Assembly (NCBI RefSeq): GCF_001194135.2
Contig: NC_068984.1
Location: 103,470,331-103,534,330 of the forward strand
Length of the DNA: 64,000 bases
Origin: Octopus bimaculoides
Lineage: Eukaryota
Reading direction: 5' to 3'
A program made the position numbers and the translations under genes. The notes beneath the pieces were generated by a model. That model searched no databases. It saw only the letters and a program-made list of their open reading frames with translations, and had not been told where the DNA came from. Positions within the stretch are counted from its first letter, which is position 1. Each line of letters starts with the position of its first letter. Positions 62,304 through 64,000 of this stretch are shown here, one piece after another.

Positions 62304-62309
62304 ATGTAT

Positions 62310-62515
62310 TAAGGATTGCGTGCGTTACATAAATAATATTTTATCGGGCAGAGAGGTCGAACGCAATTTCAGCCATTGTCAATTAGATTGCTTCCACTCT
62401 GGAGGGACGGGAAAGAAATTTGCCAGGAATGGGACCAAAACGTAATGAAACGAGACCGTTAGTGGACGGACGAGAGACAAAACAATAAACAGAATAAAGG
62501 CTTAGAGCCTGACGA
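62310..62515 (+). repeat. Deleted copy of the repeat at 63290-63640
   Basis: gaggtcgaacgcaatttcagccattg...gggaccaaaac...aaacaataaacagaataaag. Confidence 0.8.
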
Positions 62516-62542
62516 TGACAACAATTAATAAAAAAAATAATA

Positions 62543-62663
62543 AGGAGTGGCTGTGTGGTAAGTAGCTTGTTTACCAACCACATGGTTCCGGGTTCAGTCT
62601 TGTGAGTGGATTTGGTAGACGGAAACTGAAAGAAGTCCGTCGTGTATATATATATATATATGT

Positions 62664-62704
<41 letters not shown>

Positions 62705-62940
62705 TGTGTGCGTGTGTGTGTGCGTGTGTGTATGTGTTTGTTCCACCCCCGACCATCGCCTGACAACCGATGCTGGTGTGTTTACGTCCCCGTAATTTAG
62801 CGGTTCGGCAAAAGAGACCGATAGAATAAGTACTAGGCTTACAAAGAATAAGTCCTGGGATCGATTCGTTCGACTAAAGGCAGTGCTCCAGCATGGCCGC
62901 AGTCAAATGACAAACAGGTAAAAGAAACGAATAAAAGAAT
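62543..62940 (+). mobile_element. SINE family B, full length apart from a deleted CORE-like segment
   Basis: Head ggctgtgtggtaagtagcttg...ggttcagtc joined directly to ttgtgagtggatttgg, then the internal microsatellite and the complete 3' end. Confidence 0.9.
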
Positions 62941-63386
62941 ACATATATAACAAAAAAAGCCTGAGGGCTGCATGATAGACAAAAGTGGGTAACGCGAAGG
63001 AGAAATGAAAACTGTCCTAAAGGACTATAGACACGGGAGGGGTGCAGCGAAGAGCAAAGAGAATCATGACCGGTCCGGTCTAAGGCCACGCAAGAAAGAA
63101 TGACACTGCCTTAGGTCGTCCCGGGTTACGTGATAGTGGGAGGAAAGTAAAAAAGGCGGGAAAGAGAAGAAGAGAGAGATAGAGAAAGAGAGACAGACAG
63201 ACATGCAGGCAGAGAGGAAATTAAAAGGGAAGCAAAGTAAAGGGACAGAGTGGTACAAAAATATTCGAAGAATATTTCTACAAATGGGTAAAAAATTAAG
63301 GAGTGCGTGCGTTACATAGATATCATTTTCAGGATTAAATAAAAAGACAACAAACGGAAAATTTGACATACCTATATATACATAAT

Positions 63387-64000
63387 TTTTAAAAAACGTG
63401 TAGTAAATAATCAAACGAACACATACTAAATACATAGGCGAACAGAAAGCACAGACAGTCATAAACTCCTCGTCAGTTATCGGCCAGAAAGGTCGAACGC
63501 AATTTCAGCCATTGTTAATTAGGCTGCTTCGACTCTGGAGGCACCAGCAAGAAACTTGCCGGTAGTGGGACCAAAACATAACGAAACGAGACAGTTAGTG
63601 GACGGGCGAGGGACAAAACAATAAACAGAATAAAGACTTAGGTCACGATTCTCTTTGCTCCCTGCCATACTCCTCTCATGTCTATAGTCCATCGAGGATA
63701 GTTTTCATTTCTCCTTCGCGTTACCCATATTTGTCTGTCTTGTTGCACTCAGGCTTTTTTTCTTTTTTTTTGTCCCTCGACCGTCCGCTAACGGTTTCGT
63801 TTCGTTATGTTTTGGTCCCATTCCCGGCAAATTTCTTGCCGGTCCCTCCAGAGTGGAAGCAATCTTATCGATAATAGCTGAAATTGCGTTCAACCTCTCA
63901 GGCCGATAACTGATGAGGAGTTGGTAACCTTCTGTGTTTTCCGCTCGCCTGTGTATTTAGTATATGTTTGCTTGATTATTTACTACACGTTGTTTTAAAA
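63387..64000. repeat. Long inverted repeat: arms 63387-63620 and 63767-64000+, spacer about 150 bp
   Basis: The arms are reverse complements, e.g. ctcctcgtcagttatcggcc / ggccgataactgatgaggag and gggaccaaaacataacgaaacg / cgtttcgttatgttttggtccc. Confidence 0.9.

Noticed and set aside
63865-63925. Hammerhead around gataactgatgaggag
   Set aside because: There is no GAAA with stem II downstream, and the alternative topology lacks stems I and III.

Overview
This is gappy draft eukaryotic sequence: about 25 N-gaps totalling roughly 10 kb, AT-rich, with very dense (CA/TA/GA/TAA/GATA)n microsatellites. The SINE families and repeat load point to a cephalopod, probably Octopus (inference). I found no complete host gene; only a few candidate exons have good splice sites (best: 60072-60183, minus strand). 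The window is intronic or intergenic and filled with decayed mobile elements: five Dong/R4-clade RLE-LINE fragments (two next to TAA repeats), a near-complete decayed Penelope-like element of probable Naiad type (RT + GIY-YIG), other PLE fragments, an RTE 3' end with three C2H2 fingers, four Tc1/mariner relics (two mariner, one rosa/DD41D-like, one maT/DD37D-like), several MITEs, four or more SINE families and two tandem tRNA-Ala pseudogenes. The most unusual signal is a set of minimal type-I hammerhead-ribozyme motifs in short PLE-type repeats. Three of them, from two unrelated repeat families, share a non-canonical CUGUNGA core (A6>U) while keeping their stems. A fourth sits in a head-to-head palindrome with a canonical core. 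All folds, translations and family assignments were made by eye; no database search or folding program was run.
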